Assembly: GCA_040954595.2 (NCBI GenBank)
Contig: CM082593.2
Span: 5,659,434-5,723,433 of the forward strand
DNA length: 64,000 nucleotides
Source: Balanoglossus misakiensis
Lineage: Eukaryota > Animalia > Hemichordata
Reading direction: 5' to 3'
A program made the translations under genes and the position numbers. Positions 13,646-27,978 of the stretch are shown here, piece after piece (position 1 is the first letter of the stretch; each line of letters starts with the position of its first letter). The notes under the pieces are model-generated. The model searched no databases. It was not told the origin of the DNA and worked only from the letters and a program-made list of their open reading frames with translations.

Positions 13646-16600
13646 ATGTTTGGACGCGTGACAGTTGTCGCCACCATTTTCATGGTGGCAACTTTCTGGT
13701 TCTGGGTCGGTGACTGTGACAAGAAGAGCAAGTACAGCCAAGATTCTCAGAAGTTTGCCACCAATTCACCGGCAGAATGGGAATTCCGTCAACGCAGAGC
13801 CAACCAGGTCTGGGAGAAGGCACAGCGAGTAAGTACACATTGTCTAATACTGTCAAACAGTTCGGTTTCAAAGAAACTTTTGATAAGATGAAGTTCTGGC
13901 ATCCACCAGCCCATCCCCTTTTAGTGTGCAGGGGGGGGGGGGGGGATGGTGGTCCCACTTTCATGTATATGGGTCCTTCCTTGTCATTGAAAACAAATGA
14001 CCAAAATTGTTGTAATAAATGCAGTTACTTTTAAGCTTCCCACTGTAAGGTCTGTTGTCTGGCCTTCCAGGTAGTCTTTTCTAAATTCCACTCTCTTGTC
14101 GCTGTTTTGTTCATACTATGACTTAAGAATAGCATTGTCCAGTCGGATTACAAAACCAGCAGCTATGATTAGTGAGGATTAGCATCCATAATGAGTCACT
14201 AATCACCAGCTATGTTAGAAACCATCTAGGTTTACACGTCATTTTATCACAAGCAGAAACCATACATACAGAAAACACTGCAAATTGTAAATTTTTGCAT
14301 AATCATGTAAATGTGGAGTCATGTGTGAGACTCTTCTATATATGTTAACATCCACTGAAATGGTTTGAGCTAGAGAATCTGTCAAAAGAAACCTGAACGC
14401 AAAAACCCCAACAGCTAAAGCTTATGATAAAAACCTGGGTTGACAAAAAGGTCCCACCCAAACACTTTCGACCATTTGGTTGATTAAGTGAAGTGCCTTG
14501 CTATGAATTTCATATGCTTAAAGTGTTCAGAATTATCTGATATAGTTTTGAATAATTTAGCATATAACTTACAGAAAGCAATTTCAGGACACAAGAAATA
14601 ATATCTTGATATTCTCAAACTGGAATCATTAGGGACGTAGGACGCAAAGTTGAACGGCCATAGGCGATATCTTGAACATTTTGTGAGCATTTGCTCAATA
14701 CATATCAGACAGTTTCCATACACCAAGACATTTATCTAAACTGGCCATTGTTACACTCATCTCAGCCAATCAGAAATCGCCAGGTGGGTCTAGTTGTGCA
14801 CCAGGCATTGAGATGCAAATTTCAAGACTTCAGTCTTTTTCAACAACTGATGTATAATTGAAATTTAATGGCTTGCTTCTGAATGAAAAACAGGAACGGC
14901 TTTATAGTGAAAGCGGGTAATGACAAAGATATAATACAGTAGCCTGTAGGGGTAATTAACTGACGCTTGAGTAGGAAGTCTCTTTCTGCTGCCTGTGGTG
15001 ATATCTACCGTGTCCAGTGTTCATTCAGTTCATTCATTGCAATACATGAAAATGTCAAATGAGAGATCTGGCCACAATTAATTATGTATATTGCTTGAGA
15101 TAATGCATTTATGCCACTAGCCAATGGCAATAGTCCGCATAGTGTTTAAAATTCTTGATTTATATACATTTACCACATACCGTGTTATACATTAGTAGTT
15201 CATTTTCTACTCCAGGAAGTCAATCTACCAATTTTAAAACCCATTTCCTGATTCCTTATGAGCTCATTATTTTTGCCTGAGCAATTATATCATTACAGCT
15301 TAGTTATCCCATGTTTAATCCACGTGTAATGGTAGTATTGCGTGTCAGTGTGTGTAATGGATGTAAACCTTGCTTTTCTAGATCGGCCTGGCACCTCAAA
15401 AGTTGGACAGTCTGAAGAAAGAGCTGAGAGCACACGATGAGAAAGCCATGAAATGGAAGAAAATGAAGAGAGATGGAGGTGACCCAGATGGCGAGAAGGA
15501 GGCAACTTTGAGAAGAGAACTTGCAGGTAATTGTAGTAATTTAGTGTTATGGTAATGTTATCTTAATGTTGTTCATACGTGTGACACTAATATTTTTTTA
15601 TTGTGGATAGTGCCCTCTAGTGGTGTAAATTACATGCTATCATGGCTTCTTTTGATTGGCTGACAGAGATAATGAGACGATATGGAATGGCCAAAGAGGC
15701 AATGGCTGAAGAAAAAAGCATCAGAGAGGATGGAGGAAAGGCGTTTGAAGATTTGAGATTGAATAGGATATGGAATCAAGCGTCTCTTTGTAAGTACTAG
15801 TATATCCAAGTTGGTTGTTGTAACCGATATTAACCCTTTCACCCCCAGTTCCCTCTGCAGAGGTCCAACTTTACCATAGATAACAAAGGATTTGGACCAA
15901 ACCATAGTGGTGAAATTAAGGTTAAGGTTGGGGGACTGCAAAGTCACATGATATGATTTCCCATTATTTTCTTCAGCCATGAACTTTTGTGGACATTATC
16001 TAACTATTTATCAAACATGGATATTTTCTCAGCGGGGCAGTTTTCCGGGGATGAGCTGAGAGAGTTGAAGAGAGAGCTCGGACACCATCAAGAGAAAGTG
16101 GATGAATTTAAACAGTTGATGGACAATTTGCAAGGACCTGATGGTAAGTAAACCAACTCTGCCGTAATAATTGGGTAATAAGTTTGTGTAGACACCTTGG
16201 TGTGTTGTGATAGTCTACCTGGTGCATGGGTATCTGATTTAGACAGCTTTGACTGTACTTTGTTCATGCATACATTTTCTATCAATTTTTACAAGAGAGT
16301 ATTATATTTGCATTAAGTATGGTTTTGTTTAGTGAAATAGTTTTGCTTATTTTGTTTTGTATCTTTCTGTAGATATAAATCGAGTCGATAAATTCAAACG
16401 ATTGGATATAGATGAAGCAGTTGAAGCAAAAGACAGGAAAGTCCAAGAGTTGGAGCTGAAACTCAAACACAAAGAACTGAACGAGGATCTTAAGAAGCTG
16501 GAAATGAAAGCACGTAAGGAGGATGAGGAGACTGGATTCAAAGAGCCAAGATTACATCAGATGTGGATGGAAGCGATCAAGTCGAACTTCACTGAGGATG

Positions 16601-17393
16601 AGTTGGAGTCTCTGAAAGTAAGTAAACTGACACTGGGGGCGCTCTTCTGGTGAGAGTTGGGGGTGATGTACCGAACTCTGTGTAAAGCATTCCACAGTTT
16701 TCCTGTGTGAGCTTAGAGTAAGTTGTTACAGCCCGCTAATATCACCGGAAGTACATCTTTTGCCAAAATCTCAATATTTAGGTAAACTGCTGAGAATCTT
16801 GTTTTATGCCTATGCAACCAGCTGTATCAGTCAGTGAATCATGATGCTACTGTTATTTGTTGCATGTTTATTTATTTATTCATTTATTTGTTTGTTTGTT
16901 TACACAGGAGGAAATGAAGCACTTTGAGAAGAAACTAATCAAACATGAATCAATCAAAGATGAGGCTATCCGAGCTGAGTTGCAGTATCACAAAGCGAAG
17001 AAGGTCGGAGATAAGCATGATTCATCATATTTCGAAAGTCTTAAAGAAAGAGCCAAGGAAACTGCCAACACTGTAAGTATCCATCAGTCAAGATTACCAG
17101 TGTTTACCAAATTTTAACCAGTACTGACCAAGCCTAACCCACACTAACTCTCTTTAATCGTACCTGACCAATTGTAAGAGTGCTGCAAATGTAACCTATC
17201 AATCTAAGTAAATGATGTTTAATAAACTTAGCCAATCCTGATCAAGTCTAACCCACATTAACTTTTAACTCAAACAGACCTAAGGGAGGTTGTACACAAG
17301 CGTTGATAATTTCGCTTTTGTTTCTCGTAGGTGAAGAAACACTTTGCTGATTTTAATGATCGCATTTCCAGTCGTCGTCACTCGGAATTATGA
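13646..17393 (+). CDS. LRPAP1: Alpha-2-macroglobulin receptor-associated protein (RAP, ER chaperone for LDLR-family receptors), 7 exons, ~344 aa
   Basis: Exons 13646-13828, 15382-15526, 15667-15789, 16033-16143, 16373-16617, 16908-17072, 17331-17393 (1035 nt). Signal peptide; EFRQRRANQVWEKAQR, WKKMK..GGDPDGEKEA, FKEPRLHQMW, NFTEDELESLKEEMKHFEKK; ER-retention-like C-terminus RHSEL*. Confidence 0.95.
15830..15925. mobile_element. ~90-bp piggyBac-like MITE copy (LRPAP1 intron 3)
   Basis: TTAACCCTTTCACCCCCAGTTCCCTCTGCAGAGGTCCAAC...TTGGACCAAACCATAGTGGTGAAATTAAGGTTAA. Confidence 0.8.
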
Positions 17394-20300
17394 GCAGAGT
17401 TGACCGACAGAAGAATATTTCAGACAGTACAGTCAGGTTCAAGTAAAAAACAGCATTCAGCTTTGCAGTCACTGTAAGTGCACTTTATATTTGAAGAATG
17501 GTTAGTTTTCTGACGATGCAAATATCATGACACACACTTACTTTTTTTTGCTTTATACTCTCTGTATATTTTTTATTTTATTTATGACAAAATGCAATTT
17601 GTTTTGGGTTTTCTCATACATGTGCAAGTGTTTGTTACACCTCTTGAGAATATTTCATTTCTTCATAGCTGATCAACCTTGTAACTTTTAAGCGTGTCAA
17701 TCATTTATTCAGAGTCAAAACAACTAAGCAACTTGGATTTAACCTGTTTTTATATGTCGAGTTTCTAAACTGTGGTTGTCATGTGAATGGACCAACCAGC
17801 TCCAGATTTTCAATAAACAGAAGTATCTTATTTTATTTCTCTAAAAAGATAAGGTTGACAATCGCAATAAATAAGAAAACTTGAAAGTTTGCTTAAAATG
17901 TTTGCTTGGAATCTAAAAGCAGTCAAACTGTTCAGCTTTGCACAACAAGCAATGGAAACTGAGTTATCTACAATGATGTACATATTCTTTATTGCACAGA
18001 AGTACATGCATACACTAACATGGTACAATGTATTACTTTTTTTTTGGGGGGGGGGGTATTATTAAGCTTTCTTTTTTTCTAAGTTTAGTTTATATTATTC
18101 ATTTTGTAGTCCATTGACCTGCTTGTTGATAAGACGCGGTTTTGCTTTATTAATTTTGGTGTGCTGACAGTTTTTTTCCACTTGAGTTTTGTTTTCTGAA
18201 AGGAATTTTATTAGGAAATAAACTTGTCTTTCCAGAAAAATTAAGTGTGAGGTATTCCAGAATAATTCAGTGTGAGAAATAAGCAATCTTGTGTGATTGT
18301 TGTGAAGTTTGTTCCGGGGAGTTCCGGTACCTCTGTTTTCAAGAACGACTGGGGGAAGATTTGCCAACCAGAAGGTGAGTGAGAAGTCTTTATTTTTATT
18401 TCAAGCAGCCCGTATAGTATCAAGCATACTTGCTTTTTTCAGCATCATTTTGCCAAAACAAAACACATGCATACACTTTACCACCCTCCCCTCCCCTACC
18501 ATTTGGTTCAGTCCCATTATCAATCAAGTTGGAATGGCACATTGGCAAATAGGTGCGACAGGGTGACATCTAGGCAGCTGTAGTAGAAAAAATCACAAAC
18601 TCCACATTTTCTTATCAGTTGTTTTATTTCATAAACACAGACATGGCATCAAACAACCAACAAGACAATTATTTTATTCAAAAAAAAAAAAAATTAAATA
18701 TCTGTTTTCTTTACACACTGACCTATCAAAGTCACAAAACAATATTCAATTCTTAACAACTATGGTCAATAAACGCAGGTTACGCAAAATGTCTTTCTAA
18801 GTGGAAGTTAGATTTTTACACAAGTTTTTGCGTTACGAGGCTGTTTCCAGTCTCTGGGGGTTATTTACATAGCACCCTCTAGAGGCAATATTTCGCACCG
18901 ACACGTTTTGAAACAGCAGGGAATGCTGGAAGCTTAATATACTATAACTGATTGGCTATTTTTGTGAGAGAGCATACTCTTGCGACACTTTGTAAAGCGC
19001 CAGTGAACATTTTTTCATGGATACCAGGCGATATACAAAATCAATTTTTGAACTATTCCAAAAAAGTGCTACTGCAGTGCATGCAATGAAAACTTGTGTC
19101 ATGAAGAAAAATACTGAAGGGTGATTTTCATTTATTGTGTTACATTTGCAACATAACTTCACAGGTAATTAATGCTTGCATTCAAAATACTAATAGTGTT
19201 GGGATTTTAGTGCCGCGCGCTGTAAATATGAATAATGTATACAACAAATTATCAAAACATACAGTACATTGTATTTCAAATATTTAAAGCTGATGATTAC
19301 ACGATCTAAGTTTTGCATGAGATATTTGAGCAATGGTTGTACCCAAAACCTTCAATGAACCTGAGCTGTGGTATGTAAAAGTCATGGAAAAATTATGACA
19401 ATTTGGCCATCTTCATTTAACAGGGAAATTTCTCTAGAAGTGACAAAACTAAATATTTATATCTCAATTATCAATAGACAAAAAAAAACATATTTACAAA
19501 ATTTTTGATTTCATTGCTGTAACAAAAACAAAATGTTTCCACTCAAAATTCTCTTGTCTTATTTTCAATTACACAGCCAAAGTCACATCTATTTCGCAGA
19601 AATAAAATTTAAATCAAGATTTTTACTTCACACTTGCCACAAAATCACTGCACTTCTCATATTTGATAAATCACACACAAAAATCTGGAGGCAAACCATG
19701 CAATATTTTGGCTGCCAATCAACTTTTAGCTGTTTTGTAAATTTTTCCAAACATTTTGCCTGTACACAAATGTAGAATTCGCAGAGCACTGACTTTGCTG
19801 GAAAAAAAATCGGCTTTCCGCACTGAGAAAATTATGGTTTCCTTGTTCGAGATCCAAATTTGCACTGTTCCCTGATCGGGCAAATGATGCACCGTAAGAA
19901 CTAACTGTTGTAATGATCTAAGTACAGCTGAACACAGATGGGCACATCAATGGTGGCTATTCAACTGAGACTGTTGGGATTATTTCGATAGCACTGTATC
20001 TCATCTCAAATTCTCAATATCATGGTCCACACATAGCGTGCCACTAATTTGACAGCACTAACATACGCTTTTTTAATACCTACAAGATTCATGTACGACA
20101 CTTTTTGCATCACCAAAATTTACACAAAAACCAACAATATGCCAATTTTTTTTTCTCCTTGGTCATTTCTCACGTAAACCAACAACTCATCAGCATTTTT
20201 TTGTTCGTTCCCTGAGGACACTACTGAAAATGTTTGGCTTTTCATAAAAAAAAAATTGAACATTGCAAAATTTCTAACTCTACCTCTCAGAGAGTTTTCA

Positions 20301-20766
20301 CACTCCACATACGCTGATGGTTCAATGATGTAAACTGTATGTTACACTGGTTTAATTAAATGCCCTGTCATATAATTGCTGAAAAACTGATTTGGTTTGG
20401 CTTTAGTTGCACCATCTACACCATTAGGAGAAAGCAATAGCTTCCGATACTGTGTCTGTTTAAGGTAATTTAAAAATGTCTGAAATTTAAACCCTGGTCT
20501 GGAAAACTTCTTTGTCCATTTTACTTCAGGGGTGGAGCCAAACCCCGTTTTTCAATTCACAGTTTAAGGCAATTAAAGTACACCTCAGTATAAACTACAA
20601 ATGTTCTTCTACTCTAAGTCATTATCCAGTTTTATGAAGTTTTGGTTAACACTGTCTTTCTCCCTGAGCTCAATACTTTTTAATGAGGTAATTTTCTTTA
20701 TCCGGTACTGTTCAAAGTCCCATCGGAACCTACCACCTAAAAAAAGTATGTGGCGTTTATTTTCAG

Positions 20767-23700
20767 TTATGATTTTCGGAATATTTTTGAAAGTTTCAGG
20801 GGCCACTCATACTCATTCGGCACGACGCCGTCCATGTTGCTCTCGAAAAAACGCACGAGCGGGAACCAGAGATGCCAGCGCTTGTAGCGGTTCCTCGATG
20901 TGCGGCTGCTGGACAGCGAATGATAGTAGATGAACATCCGCGCAGTGACGTAGAACGCGACGATGACGTCGACGGTGTAGTGTCCGTGCGCCGCCAGAAT
21001 ACAGAACATGCCTGTCACGCTCATCATCCATACGATCACATTCAGGAGCCAGAACGAGCGTGGTGCATCTGCTCGGAGGAAAAAAAAAATATCAATAAAA
21101 GTTAGTCCACCGAGACTTCAAAGGTCAAAGCTCAAAGGTTAAAGGTCAATCATTCATACAATGACTGATTGTGTGTGGTGAACTTGGCTAAAAAAAAAGA
21201 CTGCATAAGTCAGTTGCATGGCAGTTCAAAGGTTACAACGGCAATCTGGATGAATTGTTACAAGATAGTTTTATCAGTACAAATATGTTCGAGATGTGTC
21301 TCACAAAGCAACGCAAATTTCTGTCCTGTTTTTTTTTGTCCCTTGATTACAATGGTTATGTCAAGTGCCCCCTGCCACCACAGAATGTCACCAGAAACTC
21401 GGCCCACAAAATATTTACAGAAAAAGTTCGACTTACATTCAGTGATGAAGAAAGTGAAATTGGTCATCACCATTGCATGTCCACTGTACATGTAGGCTCC
21501 GCACGTCCGTCCTCCCGTCGACGCCATCCCCAGTTTGATGAAGATGATGAACGATTCCCATAATCTGAACCACAAACTGCCCGTGAACTGAAAAGGGAAC
21601 CAAGATCCATCACACCTTTTTATAATGAATGATCCTAACCCTAATGCTAACCATCGCCACCAGGGAATGTTAGAGTCCAAGGTGCACTCGTCTGGCAGTT
21701 CAATTCAAAAGATGCAACTATCCTTCTGTTTCTCTGCACAAAGGTCGAAATCTTGCTACTAAAAAGTACACGCCTAAAAAGCGAGCACATAGGTGATATA
21801 TTTGGCCATTAAACCATTGGTGGTGTAAACACTGAAAGTCACAGAGAATACACATGCCCCCCCCCCCCCCCCCCTCCTTTCCCAGAGCAAATGTCAAAAT
21901 CCACAACTATATGTAGATGTATGTTTGGTTAAACGGGGACGAACCATTAGTGATATCTGGGGGAGGTTGGCACGAACTGGTACACAAGCAACCTCATTAC
22001 TCATACACTTGATACAGGTACCTTGCCCTGGTTTTTAGCCCTCGTAATGGTTATCATGTGATGTTGGACTTATGAATCATCATGCAATCGGTACCAAACA
22101 GTGATATGATCGTCGAAACTAGAACTTTGGTCACTTTTGCAGCTTGACAAAATTAGTATGTAAATCATTACATGATGCAGATCCAGTCCTGGCAACAGGT
22201 TCCCCACTAGCAAAAACTAGTTCTCTCCAAATTTTGGGACTTAATGCGTTTTACAGAATGTGGGTTGAAGTACACTGCAAACGATGCGTTCAAAAATGTT
22301 TCACACACAGGATGCTCTTTTAAAAACATGTCATTCTCTGTTCAAATTGAGTGAGGAATCCTCATCACACACCATACAATTTCTTTAATACCAGTACAAG
22401 AAAAATCATGCAATATCAGGCCAACCGACAGACATACAGACAAAGCTTCACTGCACCTTATATTTGTGGTCAGTGGAAATGCTTCACAAAGTGCATAATG
22501 CATGGAGTGGAACAGCCCTCCTTGTTAATTTTTGTGACATCATGAATACGCACAGACAATATGGATGCCATCGGGTGGCAGTAGGTTACATAGCAACAGA
22601 GTTGAGGTGATTTAAATTTTTTACTCACTGAGACCAAGCTCTGATTACCCGCTACGTGGGACACGTGCCTGACTTAATAATGCCAAGCAATATTTTTCAT
22701 GCTGTGTGTGGTTAAGTCGTGCTGAGAAATCACAAAACTTCACGCTGAACCAGGTTTTCTGTGGTCCCGCGGTAAATTCTTTGGTTTCAATTCTTGCACG
22801 TAGCCACAATATTACAGGTTTGGCTTTAAAGGTATACAGTCACCTCCAATTTAAATACGCCCATATATGGCTGAACATATATGGTGGTGCTCTTTATTTT
22901 CGCGTGTGCCACCCACTGAAATCTGTGATTGGCTAGATCTAAGTTTACCATGGTAACTGTATTTGCATAGGTGACCGTACACCTTTAACCTTTAGGAACA
23001 AAAAGATTCAATTTTCACTTACGTCGGCAGAACAGTCGATGTGTTGTCCGCTTTCGGGCAGAGAAGTAACAAACACCGTGAGACATCGAAAAAGATACAG
23101 GGTTGCAGTTATACAAAAGAAACGTCTTAAAATGATGAACCTGCAAATCGAAAAAAGAACAGCATCAGTCAACCATGTTTAGCTCATTTACATATTTTTG
23201 GTAGTGGCAACATTATTTGAATTTTATCAGAGCAAAATTCAATCTAAAGTCCAGCACACATCTGCTACCAAATACCAAGATAACAGGTGCAGTTGTTCTC
23301 AAGTTTGTTTTCAGTGGGTGATCATACATACATACATAAATACACAGACAGACAGACAGACAACGGATGAGTTTTACCGAAACACATCTGTCCAACAGAC
23401 AAACTGACCACAGCTATTGCTGGTTAATCATAAATATGATAAATAAATAATAAATTTGATAAATTAGAATTAGATATGACAAAGATCCGGTCTATGAATT
23501 ATGACCATTATTTCAGGATGAGACTAAGTACATCCTCTATGAAAGCAGAACTGGTGGTCATTCACAGATGTTATCATCTCTCACAAAACATGCAACACTG
23601 GGAACCTTCATGTACAACTTCCATTTTCCCATTTTTTCCTACGCCCTGCCCTCAAAAGTCTATCTTCAGTCGTGAGATTTCCTCCACTCCTCACCCACCC

Positions 23701-26700
23701 AGAAATTTTATGACAGCGTCCAATTATAATTCATCATCCATTTCAGTTGAGAACTTCAGTTTAATTTTCTCAAAACTGACAAAAGCACTCACCGATGCGT
23801 AATCAATTATAGAAAATAATCAATTCTGTCATGTTATAGGCACAAGTGTAATTCAATAAAATTTATCACTTTCCATCCAGTATTCCCCCTCTCAAAAAAC
23901 ACAGATTTTTTTGTGATTTTCAGGAAGTATTTGAATTCATACAAGTTGGTTTCACTCTATTGAGGCCAAAAATGCCATTTAGCATTTTTTTTAGAGTGCT
24001 GGAATTAGGCGCAGCTGTAGTAGAGCACACATCATACGACAAGTTCACAGTTCAAGACAAAATTTACGTGCCTTTTACCCAAATATGTCATACTTCGACC
24101 TTGCGTTCTTGACACACAAATATTGGGACAGCTCTGCATATTATCTTGTATGAGTTATGTGTTCTGATAGGGGACTTCCCAGAGGTAGCGTGGCTGATGC
24201 AATTTTCGAAGTTTTCGAAGTGGTACAGACATTTTTCAGAAGCATACGCTGATAAACCTTAGGATCAAAATGTGACCCGATGTTCAACTGTTCTCAATCC
24301 CAGGTTGCCCCAAACAAACAGTACATCATTCATGCCTTGTCACCATATTAATCTTTTTAAAAATATGAAATAAATAATCGTAGACATCACTTTGAGTGGC
24401 CAAAAACTGCCACCCGTTATCCAGTGACCCTTGACCTTAGTGACTACATCAAGCCCAGTTAAGTTAGGACCAAATTTCATAGTATATCAAAGCCATAATA
24501 ACTGCAACATTTATATAATAATCATCCCACATTACTGTGATGTTTTAAGTGTGGGTTCAATAATAATTTGAACTTAACTGCACAAGCAGTAACTTAAGCG
24601 TCACATACATGAACTGCTGTACATCCTAAAGAATCCAACATGATGTTTCTCAGAGTTCAATGTGTCGTACAAATATTTCATTAAAAACGACGTATCTGAC
24701 AAATATTTCCTGACGTACCACCCCATGGCCCCCGATAAATGGCAATTAAACTTGTAAGTCGTTTATATGTCGCAAATTACGCCATCCATTTCATGATTTA
24801 TGGACCACTTCAGACAGGCCAATCGGATCGATTGATTTCATGTGTTTGTCGACGGAAAAACGAGGGTAATCTTCATGGACGTCTAAAAGCCAGTGGTGAC
24901 CGTCAGGCATCTCATGCACAAGATACGTAACCCAGAACATATGAGCTTTCGGGCTCTGTAAACCTATATCTCCCTGCTACATTTGACCTTTAGTGCAGAA
25001 ACGTGATACATGATGCGTCTCCTTGAAGTCAAACTGAGATAGTCATCTTCTACCGATTGGGCACACAGACTATGGGACTGTCATAAATTATTATCTGATG
25101 TGAAGAACTCCATTTCTGTGGGTGGTAGCGAACAACCTAAGGGGTGTATGATAGCCATTCGGAAGATGTGCGATATCCGTGGCGATGTACAACATGTACT
25201 CATTTCAACTGAAGGCTGATTGAGTATTAAACATATAACCCGATTTCCAATGGTTTCCCTGAATGTATTGAAAGTTCGCTTAGCCTTGCAAAATCTCACT
25301 AAATGTTACAATGAATATAAAGCCAACCCCATTACGAAACATGGCAACCATACACATCATGTGTTCCACATAAAACCAGAAAAGCTGACAACGACTGACA
25401 GACTCTCGGCATACATTTGAAACAGATAAGATAGGGAGATCAGACAAAACTCAAAGTTCACAATTTTCATTTAAAGTACACTGTGTGATACCATTATTAG
25501 CTACTGTCCATGGATACCTAAAAATGTCACCGGGAGATATACGTGTCTTCAACGAGAACATTAATGAGTAACTCAGTGTTTTGCTCAATAGTGGCATTGC
25601 TGTTGAAACACACACTTTAAGCACAGTTTTAGCACTTGCATATTGACATTATGATAATGAAAACATTTACAATCATATTACGCTAATTTGTCGGGTTTTT
25701 GACACATGTACTAGTGATGACAAACTTCCCCACTGTCACAAATATCAACAGCGCATGACCAGATACGTAACAATCACACGTTTGCATCATGACCAGATGA
25801 ACAAAACGTTTCTTTGTGGTGCAAAACGTCCTTTTAAAAAACACTGCCGGAAAAATGTTCTCAAATAATATTGACATATCCCGCTGAGAATGACCAAAAA
25901 AATGCATCATAACAATGATTTACTGATAACTTGCTATTTTTGTATTTGACCCGCATATTTGCATGGAGAACAACATTTGAATGGGCTCCCGTTTATCATT
26001 TACATGACTTATTTCTAATTTAGCTTGAAGGTCAAAATCACCACAAAAAAGCAGCAATCATTGAAGGCTGGATTAGCTATTGAACTGTGAGCTCTGCGTT
26101 CTGTTTCTTTCACTGCTGTTACATTACGGCGGTGTTCAGTAGACCGATCAATACATTTTACTAGCCACCACTTTGTCACATTGTTGGCCAGACTCTAATC
26201 CGAAGACTTGCTTTGGACGTCACACAGTAAAACCATTTAGTTCTGCGGCAGCATAATTAGTCTAGTATCTAGGCGTATTTTGTCCGCTTTGCTTCCAATA
26301 CTAGACTGCGGCAGCATTGGAACACCAAAAGGCAACCACGCCCCTGGCCCCTGAAACTCATATCCCGACAATCAGTTCTCAGATCGATCGATTGGTAACT
26401 GCCAGTCTATTCACTGCAGGAGTGTTACAAACAATTATATAATTCCCCTGTTGTCTGCATAGAACTAATTGGTCTGGCAGTCTCAGGTTACGTAATTATC
26501 AAAAGAATTCACGCAGACTCGTTAAGAGATGACCTTGAGTTATCTGAAGCGTTATTTTATTTTTATACTGTTTGTGAACATCAATTTCTTGGAAAACCAT
26601 TGTCAGATTGGATGAAAAACACGACTGCTAGATAGTCAGCCCGGAGCCCTTATCCCCCCATTCTCTTGTATATAGATTGATCTGTACCACTAAAAACAAC

Positions 26701-27289
26701 AGGGTTAGATCAAAGTGTATGTGTGGGAGGGGTGTGTCAATAAGTCTATACTAAAATGTCATTCCGAGATTTCTTCTCATTTTATCGAAAATTGACAATC
26801 TTTAAATGTAATAAGCAACCGTGATCAGATGAAAAATAATAGAAGACGAACTCACCTGTGTCGATGGAAAAACACCAAAATAAAAAAGAAAACACCAAAA
26901 GTGGTGAGTATGCCTTCGGAAATGTCCCCCGCCCAGGGTGTTCTGGGAACGTTATCTAAAATTATGTCGGGCAACGGCGGATGTTTCTCTTTGTCGGGCA
27001 TGCGGTCGTGCACCACGGTCAATACGAACGTCAGGAGGTAGGTCCCCGTGCACATGTAGAGAAAGCTGATCAGCGCTTTCCAGCGTTCCGGTTGGACCGC
27101 TGCAGTTGAAGTGGTGGTCGTACTTTCGTCCCTGCCCGAGTTGGCGAATCCGTTGATGAATGGAACATGTTCGTCGTCGTCTTCGATCGTGATGGTCTGG
27201 TGGTGGCTGTTGTTTGAGTTCCACGATTTGTTGTTGGAATGCGAATTCTGCGCGTTGTTTTCCTCTTGGGTCTGGTCACCTCCTTCCAT
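20767..27289 (-). CDS. Sphingomyelin-synthase-family phosphotransferase, SMSr(SAMD8)-like but without a SAM domain, 4 coding exons, ~334 aa
   Basis: Exons 27289-26856, 23140-23023, 21587-21437, 21068-20767 (1005 nt); an in-frame TGA lies just upstream of the ATG. Motifs: D1 VHDRMP..HPPLPD, D2 RRFFCITATLYLFRCLT, D3 CGAYMYSGHA, D4 HYTVDVIVAFYVTARMFIYYH; tail VPNEYEWP. Confidence 0.92.
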
Positions 27290-27895
27290 CTCTCGCTCGT
27301 CTCAGAATTCCACTGTCACTCTAAAAAAAAAAAAAAAAGAGGTTTATGAACAAATGGTGAATTTTGGTACAAAACCAGTTTTTAATCATCTCAGATTCAA
27401 ATACGAAAATGACAAAAATTCCGCCTTATTCACCATTTTAGATGATTTGTTGATAAGTGTGTCTCCTGACCGACTTTCAGTTTCTGTGCGTACCTTTGTG
27501 TATTGTCGATCTGGAATATGACCTAAATTTCACGGCAAAGGCTTTGAAATCTAGGGCAGTGTGTCAACATCATTTGCTTTCAATAACGACAGGGCAACCA
27601 CCTTTTTATTCGATTTGTGTGTACATAATTGCGACTCCAAACGCATCTCTCCGAGCAAAATTTTCGCAGTCGTCAAAAAGAACAATTGACTCGAAACAAA
27701 TAAATCTGATCTTTAAAAGATATCCTTGAATGGTTAAAACGTCACGTGTCATCAAAATGCTACGAGATTCAACCATTTTGACCAGCCGAGGATGTAGTCA
27801 TTATTTTTGTCCGGTTGAATTAAGTGATTATGGTAATCATCTATTAAACTAATCTTGTACACTCAGGCATGTGTATCAAGTCTTATCACAATGTA

Positions 27896-27978
27896 ATGTA
27901 GCATTTCTTGGAATAACAGCTGTAACTATTGGCTGTTATGTAGCATTTCTTGGAATACAGCTGTAACTATTGGCTGTT
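27896..27978. repeat. Recent tandem duplication, 2 x ~42 bp
   Basis: ATGTAGCATTTCTTGGAATA(A)CAGCTGTAACTATTGGCTGTT occurs twice, differing by a 1-nt indel. Confidence 0.9.

Noticed and set aside
17124-17263. Diverged ~26-bp direct repeat (CTGACCAAGCCTAACCCACACTAACT), offset 114 bp, in the last LRPAP1 intron
   Set aside because: Real but apparently an old local duplication, with no TIR, target-site duplication or RNA motif.
20609-20806. 65-aa ORF overlapping the SMS-like stop in another frame (possible frameshifted tail)
   Set aside because: The main frame already ends shortly after the conserved EY.WP motif, as in SMSr; there is no evidence for a frameshift.
21119-21149. Iterated AGGTCA/TGACCT motifs (also ~24425 and ~57885) as nuclear-receptor response elements
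   Set aside because: Such short GACCTT/AAGGTCA runs are scattered through the window and look like low-complexity or repeat remnants; there is no independent support.
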